A DNA stretch of 64,000 nucleotides, taken from sequence record DRR378314_462, one strand, 5' to 3'. Each line of letters opens with the position of its first letter. The first letter of the stretch is position 1. The notes beneath the pieces were generated by a model. It had not been told where the DNA came from. It saw only the letters and a program-made list of their open reading frames with translations, and ran no database searches. The translations under genes and the position numbers were made by a program. This document shows, piece by piece, positions 8,926 to 18,985 of this stretch.

Positions 8926-11187
8926 TTGCCTATGATTGCCCGAGTTGAGGGGGAATCGGTGTTCGGTCATATACGTCATGCTGTGTTGGAAAAAATGCGC
9001 CAAACCCTGGGCACAGGTCGGTTCGTCGCCTTGTGCCTGCTGGTGCCCGCATTATATTTGCAAGTGCTGGATCCCGGCTTTCTGCAAAATTTCCGAAATA
9101 ACATGTTTGATTATTACCAACAGTGGCAACCCCGAGAGCCGGTTGCGGACCACCCTGTAGTGGTCCTGGATATTGACGAGAAAAGCCTGCTGCAATTGGG
9201 TCAATGGCCATGGCCCCGAAACTATCTGGCGGCCATGGTGCAAAACGCAACCCGCATGGGCGCCATCGTCATCGGTTTCGATATGGTCTTTGCCGAAGAA
9301 GACCGCCTGTCGCCCAATAAGATCGCTGAGAATATTGGCACGTTAAGCCCCTCGACCGAACAGGAGTTGAATTCCCTGCAATCTTTCGATCGGGTTTTCG
9401 CCGCCCAGATCGCGAAAAGCCGGGTTGTCCTTGGCATCGCCGTCAACCCGACCCGCAAGGATGTGAATAACCTTGGCGTGGAGCGGGTTGCGACAATTGC
9501 CAATCTGGGCCCTAATCCGATCCCTTACCTTCGGGAATTTCCGGGCTTGATCGGCAATATTGAAACCCTGGATCAGGAAGCGTCCGGACGCGGCATGATC
9601 AGTCTGGATCAGGGCTTTGATGGAATTGTTCGCCAGGTTCCCCTGGCCAATGTTGTCGATGGCAAAGTCATTCCAACGCTGGCGCTGGACATGCTGCGCG
9701 TGGCAACCGGACGCAATGTGATTTCGCAAGTGGATGACCGTGGTATGGTCGGATTTAAAGTCGCCGGAACTTTAGTACCCACTGATAATTTTGGACGGAT
9801 CTGGATCAAATATTCAGAATTTGATCCAACCCGCTACATTTCCATCGTCGATGTGATCGCTGGCAAAGTTGATCCCAAACGCCTTGCTGGAAAATTCCTG
9901 CTGGTGGGAACATCAGCGACAGGGCTCAAGGATCTGAGATCCTCTCCGTTGCAATCCTCCCTACCGGGGGTCGAAATGCATATGCAGTTGCTCGAGAATA
10001 TCCTGACCCAGAGTTATATGTTCAGGCCCGACTATTTCGCGGTTCTGGAGTGGGCCGGAACAACCGCAACCGGGGTTTTCCTGATCCTGCTGGTGCCCAT
10101 CGTCGGCGCCCGTATGACCATGGTTTTATTGATGTTTATCTCTGGCGTAGCGGTCAGTTCATCACTTTATCTTTTCAGCGAATTTTCGCTGCTGATCGAT
10201 GTTTCATACACGCTGTTCATTTCACTGTTGGTGTATATTACGCTCGTTTATTTCAATTATCTCAGCACGGAAAAAGAGCGAACGCAGATCCGAACCGCCT
10301 TTTCCCACTATTTATCCCCTGACCTGGTGTCCCGATTATCAAATTCACCCGATAGCCTGGTTCTGGGCGGAGAAGAGCGGGAAATGACCTTTTTGTTCAG
10401 TGATATCCGTGATTTTACCGGCATTTCAGAGAATTTCCGGGATGATCCACAAGGATTGACCCATCTGATCAACCGGTTTTTGACTCCCCTGACGGATGAG
10501 ATCCTGACCCATAAAGGCACTATCGATAAATATATGGGGGATGCGATCATGGCTTTCTGGAATGCCCCGCTGGATACACCGGATCATGAAAAACTGGCCG
10601 CCCGCGCCGCCCTTACCATGCAGTCCCGCCTGACCGCACTCAATCAGGTGTTGCAGGAGGAAGCGATAGCCGAAGACCGCCCCTACCGGGAATTGCGCAT
10701 GGGGATTGGCCTTAATACCGGAACCTGTATCGTTGGCAACCTGGGATCAGAACAACGCTTTGACTATTCAGTTCTGGGCGATGCGGTGAACCTTGCGTCC
10801 CGGCTAGAGGGTCAATCCAAAACCTATGGGCTGAGTATCATCGTGGGCGAGGATACAGCAAAAAAACTGGATGGGTTTGCCCTGATTGAGCTGGATTTGA
10901 TTGCGGTGAAAGGACGAAGCAGGGCCGTCACTGTCTCTGCGCTGCTGGGTGATGAAAGCATGACGAATGATCCAAAATTCATCCATTGCCAAGTCACCGC
11001 CCATTCCCTGCTGGAAGCATATCGATCCCAGAACTGGGGCCAGGCAGAGGACATGGCAAAGGAATTGAAAACGATTTACCCGCAGCTTGCCATTCTGTCG
11101 GATCTTTATCTGGATCGCCTTGCCGCATTCAGGCAAACCCCGCCGCCGGCCAACTGGGATGGAATTTATCGGGCAACCACCAAATAA
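8926..11187 (+). CDS. CHASE2-domain class III adenylate cyclase (true start possibly ATG 8932 or 8995)
   Basis: N-terminal TM, CHASE2 (DIDEKSL..LGQWPWPR, PGVEMH), three TMs, cyclase motifs FSDIRDFT, DKYMGDAIMAFW, RFDYSVLGDAVNLASRLE. The K/D pair points to ATP specificity. Confidence 0.93.
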   Translation: MPMIARVEGESVFGHIRHAVLEKMRQTLGTGRFVALCLLVPALYLQVLDPGFLQNFRNNMFDYYQQWQPREPVADHPVVVLDIDEKSLLQLGQWPWPRNYLAAMVQNATRMGAIVIGFDMVFAEEDRLSPNKIAENIGTLSPSTEQELNSLQSFDRVFAAQIAKSRVVLGIAVNPTRKDVNNLGVERVATIANLGPNPIPYLREFPGLIGNIETLDQEASGRGMISLDQGFDGIVRQVPLANVVDGKVIPTLALDMLRVATGRNVISQVDDRGMVGFKVAGTLVPTDNFGRIWIKYSEFDPTRYISIVDVIAGKVDPKRLAGKFLLVGTSATGLKDLRSSPLQSSLPGVEMHMQLLENILTQSYMFRPDYFAVLEWAGTTATGVFLILLVPIVGARMTMVLLMFISGVAVSSSLYLFSEFSLLIDVSYTLFISLLVYITLVYFNYLSTEKERTQIRTAFSHYLSPDLVSRLSNSPDSLVLGGEEREMTFLFSDIRDFTGISENFRDDPQGLTHLINRFLTPLTDEILTHKGTIDKYMGDAIMAFWNAPLDTPDHEKLAARAALTMQSRLTALNQVLQEEAIAEDRPYRELRMGIGLNTGTCIVGNLGSEQRFDYSVLGDAVNLASRLEGQSKTYGLSIIVGEDTAKKLDGFALIELDLIAVKGRSRAVTVSALLGDESMTNDPKFIHCQVTAHSLLEAYRSQNWGQAEDMAKELKTIYPQLAILSDLYLDRLAAFRQTPPPANWDGIYRATTK

Positions 11188-11280
11188 AACGGAAATCAGC
11201 TTGAGACATTCCTCACTATTTCGCATCATGATCTTATGCAAGGGATTGAGGGAAAGAACAGAAAAAGGGGCAACTGATTA

Positions 11281-12444
11281 ATGGCGAGACTTCTGTTTGC
11301 AGATATGTTCATGAATATGAGCCTTGCCCGCATGCCTCATCAATTCAAACAGCTCGGCGCAGAGGTCTATGGCCTTGGTTTTATGGATAGAATCCTGCTT
11401 CAAAGCGATTCTTTTGACCACAAATACCCGATAGATGGCACGCCCCGAAATGCCACATTTCGAAAAATAACGGGCGCGCTGTCCGACTGCTGCAATCACG
11501 CCAGGCCGGATTTTTTGCTGACCAATGATGAAACACTGATAAGTGTTCTGATCAAAATCCGTGAAAATATACGGGCCAGTACAACGGCGCTGCCTCCCAA
11601 TGTCAAACAGGTCTCAGACCTGCTGGAAGCTAGTCTGATTAGCGATCCGCGCCTATATCAACGGCATTATTCACTGTTGGCGGCGAAAGAAGCCGGCTTT
11701 CCAATCCCCCCGCATCAAGTCGCAACGTCTGAGGCAGACCTTTTACCGCTTCTTCAGAAGCTGACACCGCCCTATTTCCTGAAAATGAGTTTGGCGTCAG
11801 GCGGGCTTGGGGTTCTTGCCGTTCGTGAAGACACCTCGGCAGAAGAAGTGCTGGCGCAGGTTCAGGACAGTGATTATCCGTTAAATGATATTCGCCATGC
11901 CGTTCTGCAGCAGCCAGCCAAGGGGGAAGAGCTAACGGTAAGCTTTGCAGCCCATAACGGAAAGCTGCTCGGCTATATCGTTGTGCGCCCCTTGCAAAAA
12001 TTGATGGAAAATGGTCCAAGCGCGGTTATCGAAAACCTGTATCGCCCCCATTGGCAAGAGCCACTGGCGCAATTGGTTGCCAGGGTCGGGTATAGTGGTT
12101 TTGGCGGGCTGGATGTGTTTGAACACGCCGCCGATGGACTTCCCAGCGTGATCGAAGTGAATTTCAGGCCGACCCATACAACACCCACATCCCGCGCCAT
12201 TGGCACTGATCTGGTGGAGCTGTTTTATAACGCCTATACAGGTGCAGCGCCGTCCGGCCAATCGGTTGTTCATCAGGATGTGACAAAGAAACTTGCCCTG
12301 TTTCCTGAAGCCATCCTGGCCGATCCCCAAAGTGAATATCTGCAGACATTGCCGCTGGATATTAATTGGGAAGATTATGGCCTGAACACTTATATAACCC
12401 GGCGACTGCAAAATTTTATACCGCCAAAAGATGACATCGAATAG
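11281..12444 (+). CDS. ATP-grasp fold protein
   Basis: GFPIPPH, PYFLKMSLASGGLGV, VLQQPAKGEE, GYSGFGGLD, VIEVNFRP. Confidence 0.8.
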   Translation: MARLLFADMFMNMSLARMPHQFKQLGAEVYGLGFMDRILLQSDSFDHKYPIDGTPRNATFRKITGALSDCCNHARPDFLLTNDETLISVLIKIRENIRASTTALPPNVKQVSDLLEASLISDPRLYQRHYSLLAAKEAGFPIPPHQVATSEADLLPLLQKLTPPYFLKMSLASGGLGVLAVREDTSAEEVLAQVQDSDYPLNDIRHAVLQQPAKGEELTVSFAAHNGKLLGYIVVRPLQKLMENGPSAVIENLYRPHWQEPLAQLVARVGYSGFGGLDVFEHAADGLPSVIEVNFRPTHTTPTSRAIGTDLVELFYNAYTGAAPSGQSVVHQDVTKKLALFPEAILADPQSEYLQTLPLDINWEDYGLNTYITRRLQNFIPPKDDIE

Positions 12445-12452
12445 GTTCTTTA

Positions 12453-13874
12453 ATGCTCTTTAATCACTTTAAAACTTTGGGTCGATTGACAACTACCGCC
12501 GCCTCTGACTGGACGGATCAAGCGTGGTTCGAAACACAGGTTGCAAGACGTCAGGCGGAGTTGAAAGACCTGATCGGACCTGGTGATATTGTGCTGCTGA
12601 CTCATGGTGGATCTGCGGATTTTGTCGCTGATTTATTGGCAATCTGGGGACTGGGCGCGGCGGCGGCCTGCGCCAATCCAACAATTACCGAAAATGAAAA
12701 ACAGACCCTGACAGATTTTTTAAAGCCGCAGGTGGTGCTGGCAGGACCAGATGAAGCGCCCATTGCCACAGGGGTTGAAAAACACGCAACTTCCGATGCG
12801 ATCATTTCTTTGGATTTGCCCGCCTTGTATCTGTTTACATCAGGGACAACCGGCACCCCCAAAGGGGTTGAACATAGCTTTCGATCCTTGCTCGCCCGCT
12901 TTACCCTGAACCAGGCCTATATTGGCCTGGACGCGTTGAGCACCACGCTTTGTCCGTTGCCGACCCATTTTGGTCATGGCCTGATCGGTAATCTGCTGAC
13001 CCCGCTGCTGGCCGGAAAAGATGTGGTTCTGCTGGACGATAAAAGCCCTATGGGACTAGCCCGGTTGGGCGACTTAATCGACACATATGAAATCAGCTTT
13101 TTAAGTTCTGTTCCGTCCTTTTGGAAACTGGCAAGCCGATTATCCCCGCCCCCCAAAAAGCAAACCCTGAAGCGCCTGCATGTGGGTTCAGCCCCCCTAT
13201 CCACCGAGCTTTGGTCGAGCATTTGTCAGTGGGCCGGAACCGACGAGGTCTATAACATGTATGGCATCACGGAGACCGCCAACTGGATCGGTGGGATTTC
13301 TTATGCAGAAGAGCCAAAAAAAGATGGCCGAATTGGCCGTGTCTGGGGCGGCGCTGCACTGGTTAAAGATCCCCATACCGGTGACATTGCAAATACCGGT
13401 GAAGGGGAATTGCTGATCCAGACCCCGTCGCTGATGAACGGATATTTCAAGCAACCGGATCTCACGAATGCCGTTCTGAAAGATGGATGGTTTCACACGG
13501 GCGATATCGGATACATTGATGAGGCCGGAGATATCTGTATCACCGGACGGCAGAAATCAGAGATCAACCGGGCGGGAATTAAAATCCTACCCGAAGAAAT
13601 CGATCTGCTGTTGGAACGGCATCCGGAAATTTTGGAAGTTTGTGTGTTTGGCATGGCCGATGATATCAGCGGGGAACGTGTGGCTGCAGCCTGCGTTGTC
13701 AAAGACGGCAGCACCCTTTCATCAAGCGATCTGGAAGCCTGGATGAAACCCTTGATCCGTAAAGAAGCCATCCCAGAAAGCTGGTTTTTTGTCCCTGAAA
13801 TTCCCAAAACCGATCGCGGCAAGGTCAACCGGAACACTGTGCGCGAGACTGTTTTGAAAGATGCCAGTTCATGA
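12453..13874 (+). CDS. Adenylate-forming enzyme (acyl-CoA/acyl-ACP ligase)
   Basis: FTSGTTGTPKG, YGITET, HTGDIG, GRQKSEINRAG, PKTDRGKV. Confidence 0.92.
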   Translation: MLFNHFKTLGRLTTTAASDWTDQAWFETQVARRQAELKDLIGPGDIVLLTHGGSADFVADLLAIWGLGAAAACANPTITENEKQTLTDFLKPQVVLAGPDEAPIATGVEKHATSDAIISLDLPALYLFTSGTTGTPKGVEHSFRSLLARFTLNQAYIGLDALSTTLCPLPTHFGHGLIGNLLTPLLAGKDVVLLDDKSPMGLARLGDLIDTYEISFLSSVPSFWKLASRLSPPPKKQTLKRLHVGSAPLSTELWSSICQWAGTDEVYNMYGITETANWIGGISYAEEPKKDGRIGRVWGGAALVKDPHTGDIANTGEGELLIQTPSLMNGYFKQPDLTNAVLKDGWFHTGDIGYIDEAGDICITGRQKSEINRAGIKILPEEIDLLLERHPEILEVCVFGMADDISGERVAAACVVKDGSTLSSSDLEAWMKPLIRKEAIPESWFFVPEIPKTDRGKVNRNTVRETVLKDASS

Positions 13875-14455
13875 AGTGGGCTTACGGAACACCATTGACG
13901 CTGCAAACCAGCCGATACCAGCTTCGATCGGTTGATCCGTCGGCCATCCCGGATGTTTTTGTGACCTGGTTTGCCGATCCGGAAATCATGCGCTTCATGA
14001 ACGATCCCATGAACCTGAACCGGGAGCAGCTCAGTCAGTATTTTTCAACCTATAACAACAAGACCCGAATTGCCCTGTTTATCGAGGATAAAAAAACGCA
14101 AAAGCCGATCGGTATTTTCAAGATATATATTGAGCGTCGCCACGCCCGCTGCCACACCAGTGTTCTGATCGGGGATCGTGAATATTGGGGCAAAGGGGTT
14201 GTAATCGAAGTGCGCGAGCGCATTATCCGCTTCCTGTTTACGGCATTTCAACTGGAGAAAATCTGCGGCTTTGTGCGCGCACGTAATTTTCCAGCGCTGC
14301 TGAACTACACCAAACAAAAATTCGAAAAAGAAGGAATTTTGAAAAAGCATATGCGAAATCATGACGGAGGCCTTGATGATGTCATTGAATTTGCCCTGTT
14401 TCGCGAAGATTGGGAACAAACCCGGCAAACACAGAACCATGGTTCCGGCCAATGA
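13871..14455 (+). CDS. GNAT family N-acyltransferase (RimJ/RimL-like)
   Basis: LIGDREYWGKG, NFPALLNY, FEKEGILK; ATGA overlap with both neighbours. Confidence 0.85.
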   Translation: MKWAYGTPLTLQTSRYQLRSVDPSAIPDVFVTWFADPEIMRFMNDPMNLNREQLSQYFSTYNNKTRIALFIEDKKTQKPIGIFKIYIERRHARCHTSVLIGDREYWGKGVVIEVRERIIRFLFTAFQLEKICGFVRARNFPALLNYTKQKFEKEGILKKHMRNHDGGLDDVIEFALFREDWEQTRQTQNHGSGQ

Positions 14456-14691
14456 ATGACACCCCAACTCTACAAGCGATCCATCTGCTGGCTGATATTT
14501 TACAATGCCCGCCGGACAGCCTGTCTTCGGCCGATAGCATTGAAACGGTGGAGAAATGGGATAGCCTCAATCACATGCGCCTGGTTCTTCTCATCGAAGA
14601 GACATATCAGATAAAGCTGGAGCCCGAAGCAACCCTTCATCTGTTCACCATCGGCGGAATTGCAGACTTGCTGAAGGATTTAAAATCCTGA
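14452..14691 (+). CDS. Acyl carrier protein (79 aa)
   Basis: Start ATG 14452 overlaps the GNAT stop; WDSLNHMRLVLLIEE phosphopantetheine motif. Confidence 0.88.
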   Translation: MNDTPTLQAIHLLADILQCPPDSLSSADSIETVEKWDSLNHMRLVLLIEETYQIKLEPEATLHLFTIGGIADLLKDLKS

Positions 14692-14704
14692 TCTTCACTC
14701 AAAT

Positions 14705-14740
14705 TCTGACAGGAAACTCCCCAAAGAGATCCCTGTCAGA
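14705..14740. terminator. Inverted repeat between convergent genes (possible terminator)
   Basis: TCTGACAGG...CCTGTCAGA 9-bp stem. Confidence 0.45.
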
Positions 14741-14775
14741 CTAAAAAGACGAGCAACTTAAAACCGCCCGACGGT

Positions 14776-16617
14776 CTAGTCCAGCCAAACCACCTGCGCT
14801 CCCGGACAATAGCGGCCTGCACCTGCTTTAGCTGCTTCCTGTGACCAGAAAATTCGCAAATGGTCCGTGCGGTTCGCAAAATAAACTTTTTTGACTGCGG
14901 CAGGACTACCCGCTGTAAATTCATAGGCAGATTGCTGCTTGGCCGATATCAGCTTATTTGCTTCAGTCGTAGTCAAACCGGCAAAGCGCCAGATGCTATA
15001 AGCACGACCCCGGCGGTAACCTTCGATTTTTTTACCCTGATCCAGACACTGCCGCGCCAATGTAACAAACTGACCATTCTCAACAACTTCACAGCTCGCT
15101 CCCCGTTGCTGTGACCACTGACCAGCCATGCAGGAAGCAACTTTTGCTTCCGACATCAGATAGATAGCCGGCGCCAGTGATGCGGTTGCCGTGTTAGATC
15201 CCGTTGAACCGGAACTGGAAGAGGTTGCTGTGTTGCCGGTGCTGGCAGAATTTAATTTATTGAGGGCAGCCTGCTGATTGTGTTTGTATTTCCCCGAAGC
15301 AATAGCTTTCTGCTTTTGAATCCGCCTTAACTGCGGCTTAAAATCCTGTTGCCTTCGTGCATTATTCGCCTGCATCTGGGAGTTTAGATTTTGCAAGCCC
15401 GTATACAAACTGCGCATGGCGGCTGCTTCCTGTTGCTGGGCTTTGCGTTTTTTTGCCCAAATCCGGGCCGTTTGATCGCCGGCATCATAAAGTCGGGTTG
15501 CCTGAGCTGCAGCCAGTTTGAGCTCATTAACCGCCCAATCAATCTGTTTGACAGCGGCTTCGATTGAAAAACGATCCTCGCCCACAGTCTTAGAATAAAG
15601 CTGTTCTTCTTCTTTTTGAAGTTTCGCATAAGTATCAATCAACGGATCCAAAGAATAGCTATTCAGAACCTTATCCAGGCATTGTCCGCGTTGCACTGCT
15701 TGATCAGCCAAGCCGTAAAATTCATCTGGAGGATTATGACCAATATTCGCCATGCCGGGTAAGCCAGGACATTTTTGGGATTTTACAGCCCCCTTGATTG
15801 TCAAGGGCACAAAGTTCTTTCGAATAAATCGGGAATAAACTTTATTATCTCTGGCTGCGTTTATTCGGCTGGTACGATAAGCCGTGTCGGCAATATCAAT
15901 AGGGAGAATTTTATCCTCATAAACCTGTTTTGGGTTCTCAAGAGCGGCCAGCGCGTCCGCGCCGCGCAAACGGCGTTTCTGAATAGGCTCACTCCACCTA
16001 CTTGGCCACACATTTTTTCCACCCTCAAGAGTAACATCCCAGGATATGGCCCGATCCGGACCTTTGGTTCTTTTCTTGAGAAGCTTGATGAGGGCTTGCT
16101 CCCGTTGTATAGAATCGGCTGACATTGGCGGTGAATATTGGGTATTTGCCAGTTGCAAATGCTGGTAGGCGGCCGCATCCCAAAACCAGTCGGTCAGCCA
16201 ATAAGTTCGGCCCCCATTACTGACAACTTTGCGGGCCCTGGAAAAATCAATTCCAAGGAGTTCATACTGCCAGTATTGCCTGTTTCGGTAATAACCAAAA
16301 ACAAGGTCAAACTTTTCAGTTCCACGCGGTTTTCGCCCCGCAGGGGATTGGTATCCAACCCGATAGGCAAAATTGAGGTCATTGAATTTCATCTCAACAA
16401 CCAGCCGTGTCCTGTTTTGTTGCCCACAATGCTCATGCCGGCATCTTGCATAAGGAGAAATCATCCGGGCATTAACCAGCATTGCCTCGTCCTGCTTCAG
16501 CGCGTTCCCTTCCAGATCGACAGAATTGTACACTGTGGATCCCCCACTTGTCAGACAAGCCGAAAGTGTGAAAACAACAGAAAGAAGTACCATTGCCTGC
16601 ATTAATAATTTAATCAT
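14776..16617 (-). CDS. Hypothetical lipoprotein (613 aa) with coiled-coil and S/T/G linker
   Basis: Lipobox LSAC, GGAGAGG SD upstream, long ORF; no family recognised. Confidence 0.75.
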   Translation of the reverse strand: MIKLLMQAMVLLSVVFTLSACLTSGGSTVYNSVDLEGNALKQDEAMLVNARMISPYARCRHEHCGQQNRTRLVVEMKFNDLNFAYRVGYQSPAGRKPRGTEKFDLVFGYYRNRQYWQYELLGIDFSRARKVVSNGGRTYWLTDWFWDAAAYQHLQLANTQYSPPMSADSIQREQALIKLLKKRTKGPDRAISWDVTLEGGKNVWPSRWSEPIQKRRLRGADALAALENPKQVYEDKILPIDIADTAYRTSRINAARDNKVYSRFIRKNFVPLTIKGAVKSQKCPGLPGMANIGHNPPDEFYGLADQAVQRGQCLDKVLNSYSLDPLIDTYAKLQKEEEQLYSKTVGEDRFSIEAAVKQIDWAVNELKLAAAQATRLYDAGDQTARIWAKKRKAQQQEAAAMRSLYTGLQNLNSQMQANNARRQQDFKPQLRRIQKQKAIASGKYKHNQQAALNKLNSASTGNTATSSSSGSTGSNTATASLAPAIYLMSEAKVASCMAGQWSQQRGASCEVVENGQFVTLARQCLDQGKKIEGYRRGRAYSIWRFAGLTTTEANKLISAKQQSAYEFTAGSPAAVKKVYFANRTDHLRIFWSQEAAKAGAGRYCPGAQVVWLD

Positions 16618-16692
16618 TCGGTGTACCTCTCCTCTGGATCGGAAAGAGCAAGAAGCGCTCTCCCTCCGTATTTGTATGAATGTCGTGAAAAT

Positions 16693-17760
16693 TTAGGGAA
16701 AACAGAAGAATCTCATCTCGCGATGTATGTATTCGCCCTCTGTGACACTGACATCGCTGGAAACTTTTCTGACATCGAAATCGATGCGAAGTGTCCGATA
16801 ACGGTTAACATGCTTGTCTGGCGCGTTTTGATCTGTCGTCCAAATTCTGAAGTAATTATCCCGTTTTGTTTTTAAAATATCTGAAAATCGACCTTTTGCT
16901 TCGGCAACTGTTGGCAGATGCATGCCTCTGCTTTCACAATATTTTTTCGCCGCGAAAAACTTCATGCGTTTGGGCCCAAAAAGTAACGCCGGCAGCGTGT
17001 TGGCTGAAGATGCCTCTGTTTCGGTGGATGAAGGGGGTGCCTTCTTTTCAGGCTGGTTTGACGGTGCTGCGGACCCGGCCGGCTTTGTCGCTGACTTAGT
17101 GGCTTTCAGGTGCTGGCTTACTGATTGGCTCGGTACCGGCATATTCGCGGCAGCTTCGTTTTCTTTTGGTTGGGCGGTTTCACTTGGCGCAATTCCATCC
17201 CCCACAAGATTTGAAAAAGTAGGCCCCTTATTCTGATCAGCTGTTTCTGGATCCGGGATTGGCGCAGGCCATTTATCAAAAAACGCCTGAATACAGCCAT
17301 AACGTCCATCACAATAAGTGGCGACCTTGTCATACTGGGCCTGTGTAACCGGATTAGAGGAGCGAAAGTGCCGTCGACGACTTTCCAGACACATATATTC
17401 GCTATCGCATTCAATAACGATATTGAGATCCCAGTCATGTTTTTTTGAAAGATCGAGCCCGCCGCCGGGCGCCGTTGCCTGCCGATATTCCCCCTGAATA
17501 GCCGCGTTGATATCCTGGCTGTCATAAGCAGAATTTATTTTTTTACAAAAGGGGCTGTTTTCGTAAATTCTACCACGCAACCATGAAAACATATCCGGGA
17601 TCGCATCGACCATAAAACTATGGCAGGCAGCCTGAATGGTTTCATCCAAATCTTTTTCAAATGCTGTGGTATTTTGAGCAGACACCGAGCTGAACCCAAC
17701 CGTCATGAAAAAGCCAAGCGCCAGAAAGTTTATCAGAATATAGCGGTTAAGCGGTCGCAT
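16693..17760 (-). CDS. Hypothetical secreted Cys-rich protein with C-terminal C-type-lectin/DUF1566-like module
   Basis: Signal peptide (VSA-Q), paired Cys residues, P/A/S linker, AKKYCESRGMHLPTVAE..IWT..FFC. Confidence 0.7.
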   Translation of the reverse strand: MRPLNRYILINFLALGFFMTVGFSSVSAQNTTAFEKDLDETIQAACHSFMVDAIPDMFSWLRGRIYENSPFCKKINSAYDSQDINAAIQGEYRQATAPGGGLDLSKKHDWDLNIVIECDSEYMCLESRRRHFRSSNPVTQAQYDKVATYCDGRYGCIQAFFDKWPAPIPDPETADQNKGPTFSNLVGDGIAPSETAQPKENEAAANMPVPSQSVSQHLKATKSATKPAGSAAPSNQPEKKAPPSSTETEASSANTLPALLFGPKRMKFFAAKKYCESRGMHLPTVAEAKGRFSDILKTKRDNYFRIWTTDQNAPDKHVNRYRTLRIDFDVRKVSSDVSVTEGEYIHREMRFFCFP

Positions 17761-17763
17761 TTC

Positions 17764-18819
17764 TTATCTCATTATTTTTGTCGAAAGGCTCAGCGCAGGC
17801 TGATAAAAAGGGGACCAAGGATCAATTGAGTCGATAAATCGGGAGATTTTTCGGTGCGCTCCTGTCCGATCACCAGATGCAAACAGCGCTTTCGCCCAGT
17901 AAAAATTTGTCGTGGGATCAATCGGGATTGGTAACGCGTCCAGTTGTGCAAAATAAGGCAGCGCTTTTGCATCCTGACCGGCCTTGAACAAATCGCTAAT
18001 ACGCGCCATCAACAGGTCACGCTGTTGACGGGCAGGTAGTTCAGCGGATATGGCAGGCAGTTCAGGGGCAGATGCCGCTTCAGCCCTGGCTGTTGCTTTC
18101 GCTGCGGCCGACCGGGCTGCAGCGGCCTTATCTGCTGCCTGGGTCGCGGCAAGTTGCTGGGCTTTGAATTGATCAATTGTTGCGAGGATTTTCGAACGAC
18201 GGGCGGGTGATATTAGCGTTTCAGGAATTTGAGATAAAGCGGGCTGGCAAGCAGTCGTCACTGTTTCAAGGTTGCATCCTTCGAGCAGCGCGCGTTTTGC
18301 CGCCGGTAAATAAGCCTCTACCGGATTGCTGGGGAGTACCTGAAATGGGCTACCGGATCGCTCTTTGAGATCTTCGTCGAACTTTTGCCGACTTCCAACC
18401 GTATAAGGTCCATCAGTTATCCATTTGTTATCAATCACCACATAAGTGATTTGCCCCCCCCGAACGGGAACGGAAATAGGTGACCATTTTTTATCAAGCT
18501 GCTGAAAGCGAAGTGTATGAGTATCTGGAAGAACGGGCAGCCAGAAAAATCCCTGATACTGGGTGCCAACCAGACCGTTGTTCAACCAATAGGTAAGCGG
18601 ATATCTTTCGGCACCGATCACGACAATGGCTATGACACCAGTCGTTTCGGGGATATCTTCCTTCACCAATTCCGAGAAATTTTTTGATGCTATCGTATTT
18701 AGCGTTGGTGGAATGCCTTGAGGCATCACGCACCCTGTCACCAAAACAACCACTGCAACCATGAGTGTGGTAGGCTTGAAAGCACGTATAAAGAATTCAA
18801 CGAAGAAATACAGAAGCAC
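17764..18819 (-). CDS. Hypothetical lipoprotein with Ala-rich linker and C-terminal TPR-like helices (start uncertain)
   Basis: Lipobox VTGC; ALPYFAQL..FYWAKALFASGD. Confidence 0.7.
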   Translation of the reverse strand: MLLYFFVEFFIRAFKPTTLMVAVVVLVTGCVMPQGIPPTLNTIASKNFSELVKEDIPETTGVIAIVVIGAERYPLTYWLNNGLVGTQYQGFFWLPVLPDTHTLRFQQLDKKWSPISVPVRGGQITYVVIDNKWITDGPYTVGSRQKFDEDLKERSGSPFQVLPSNPVEAYLPAAKRALLEGCNLETVTTACQPALSQIPETLISPARRSKILATIDQFKAQQLAATQAADKAAAARSAAAKATARAEAASAPELPAISAELPARQQRDLLMARISDLFKAGQDAKALPYFAQLDALPIPIDPTTNFYWAKALFASGDRTGAHRKISRFIDSIDPWSPFYQPALSLSTKIMR

Positions 18820-18932
18820 TTTTTTAAGATCTCTTATTTTTATCTATATTTTAGGGTCGCTGAATATAAATGATCATACCCCGATTTTTTTGTCAAATCG
18901 ACCCGCAGTCCCAACTTCTCATAACCTACATT

Positions 18933-18962
18933 AAAAAAGCCCGATAACTATCGGGCTTTTTT
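18933..18962. terminator. Rho-independent terminator of the MCP gene (bidirectional form)
   Basis: AAAAAAGCCCGATA-ac-TATCGGGCTTTTTT. Confidence 0.85.
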
Positions 18963-18985
18963 GGTTCAGTAGAGTATCTCTAATT

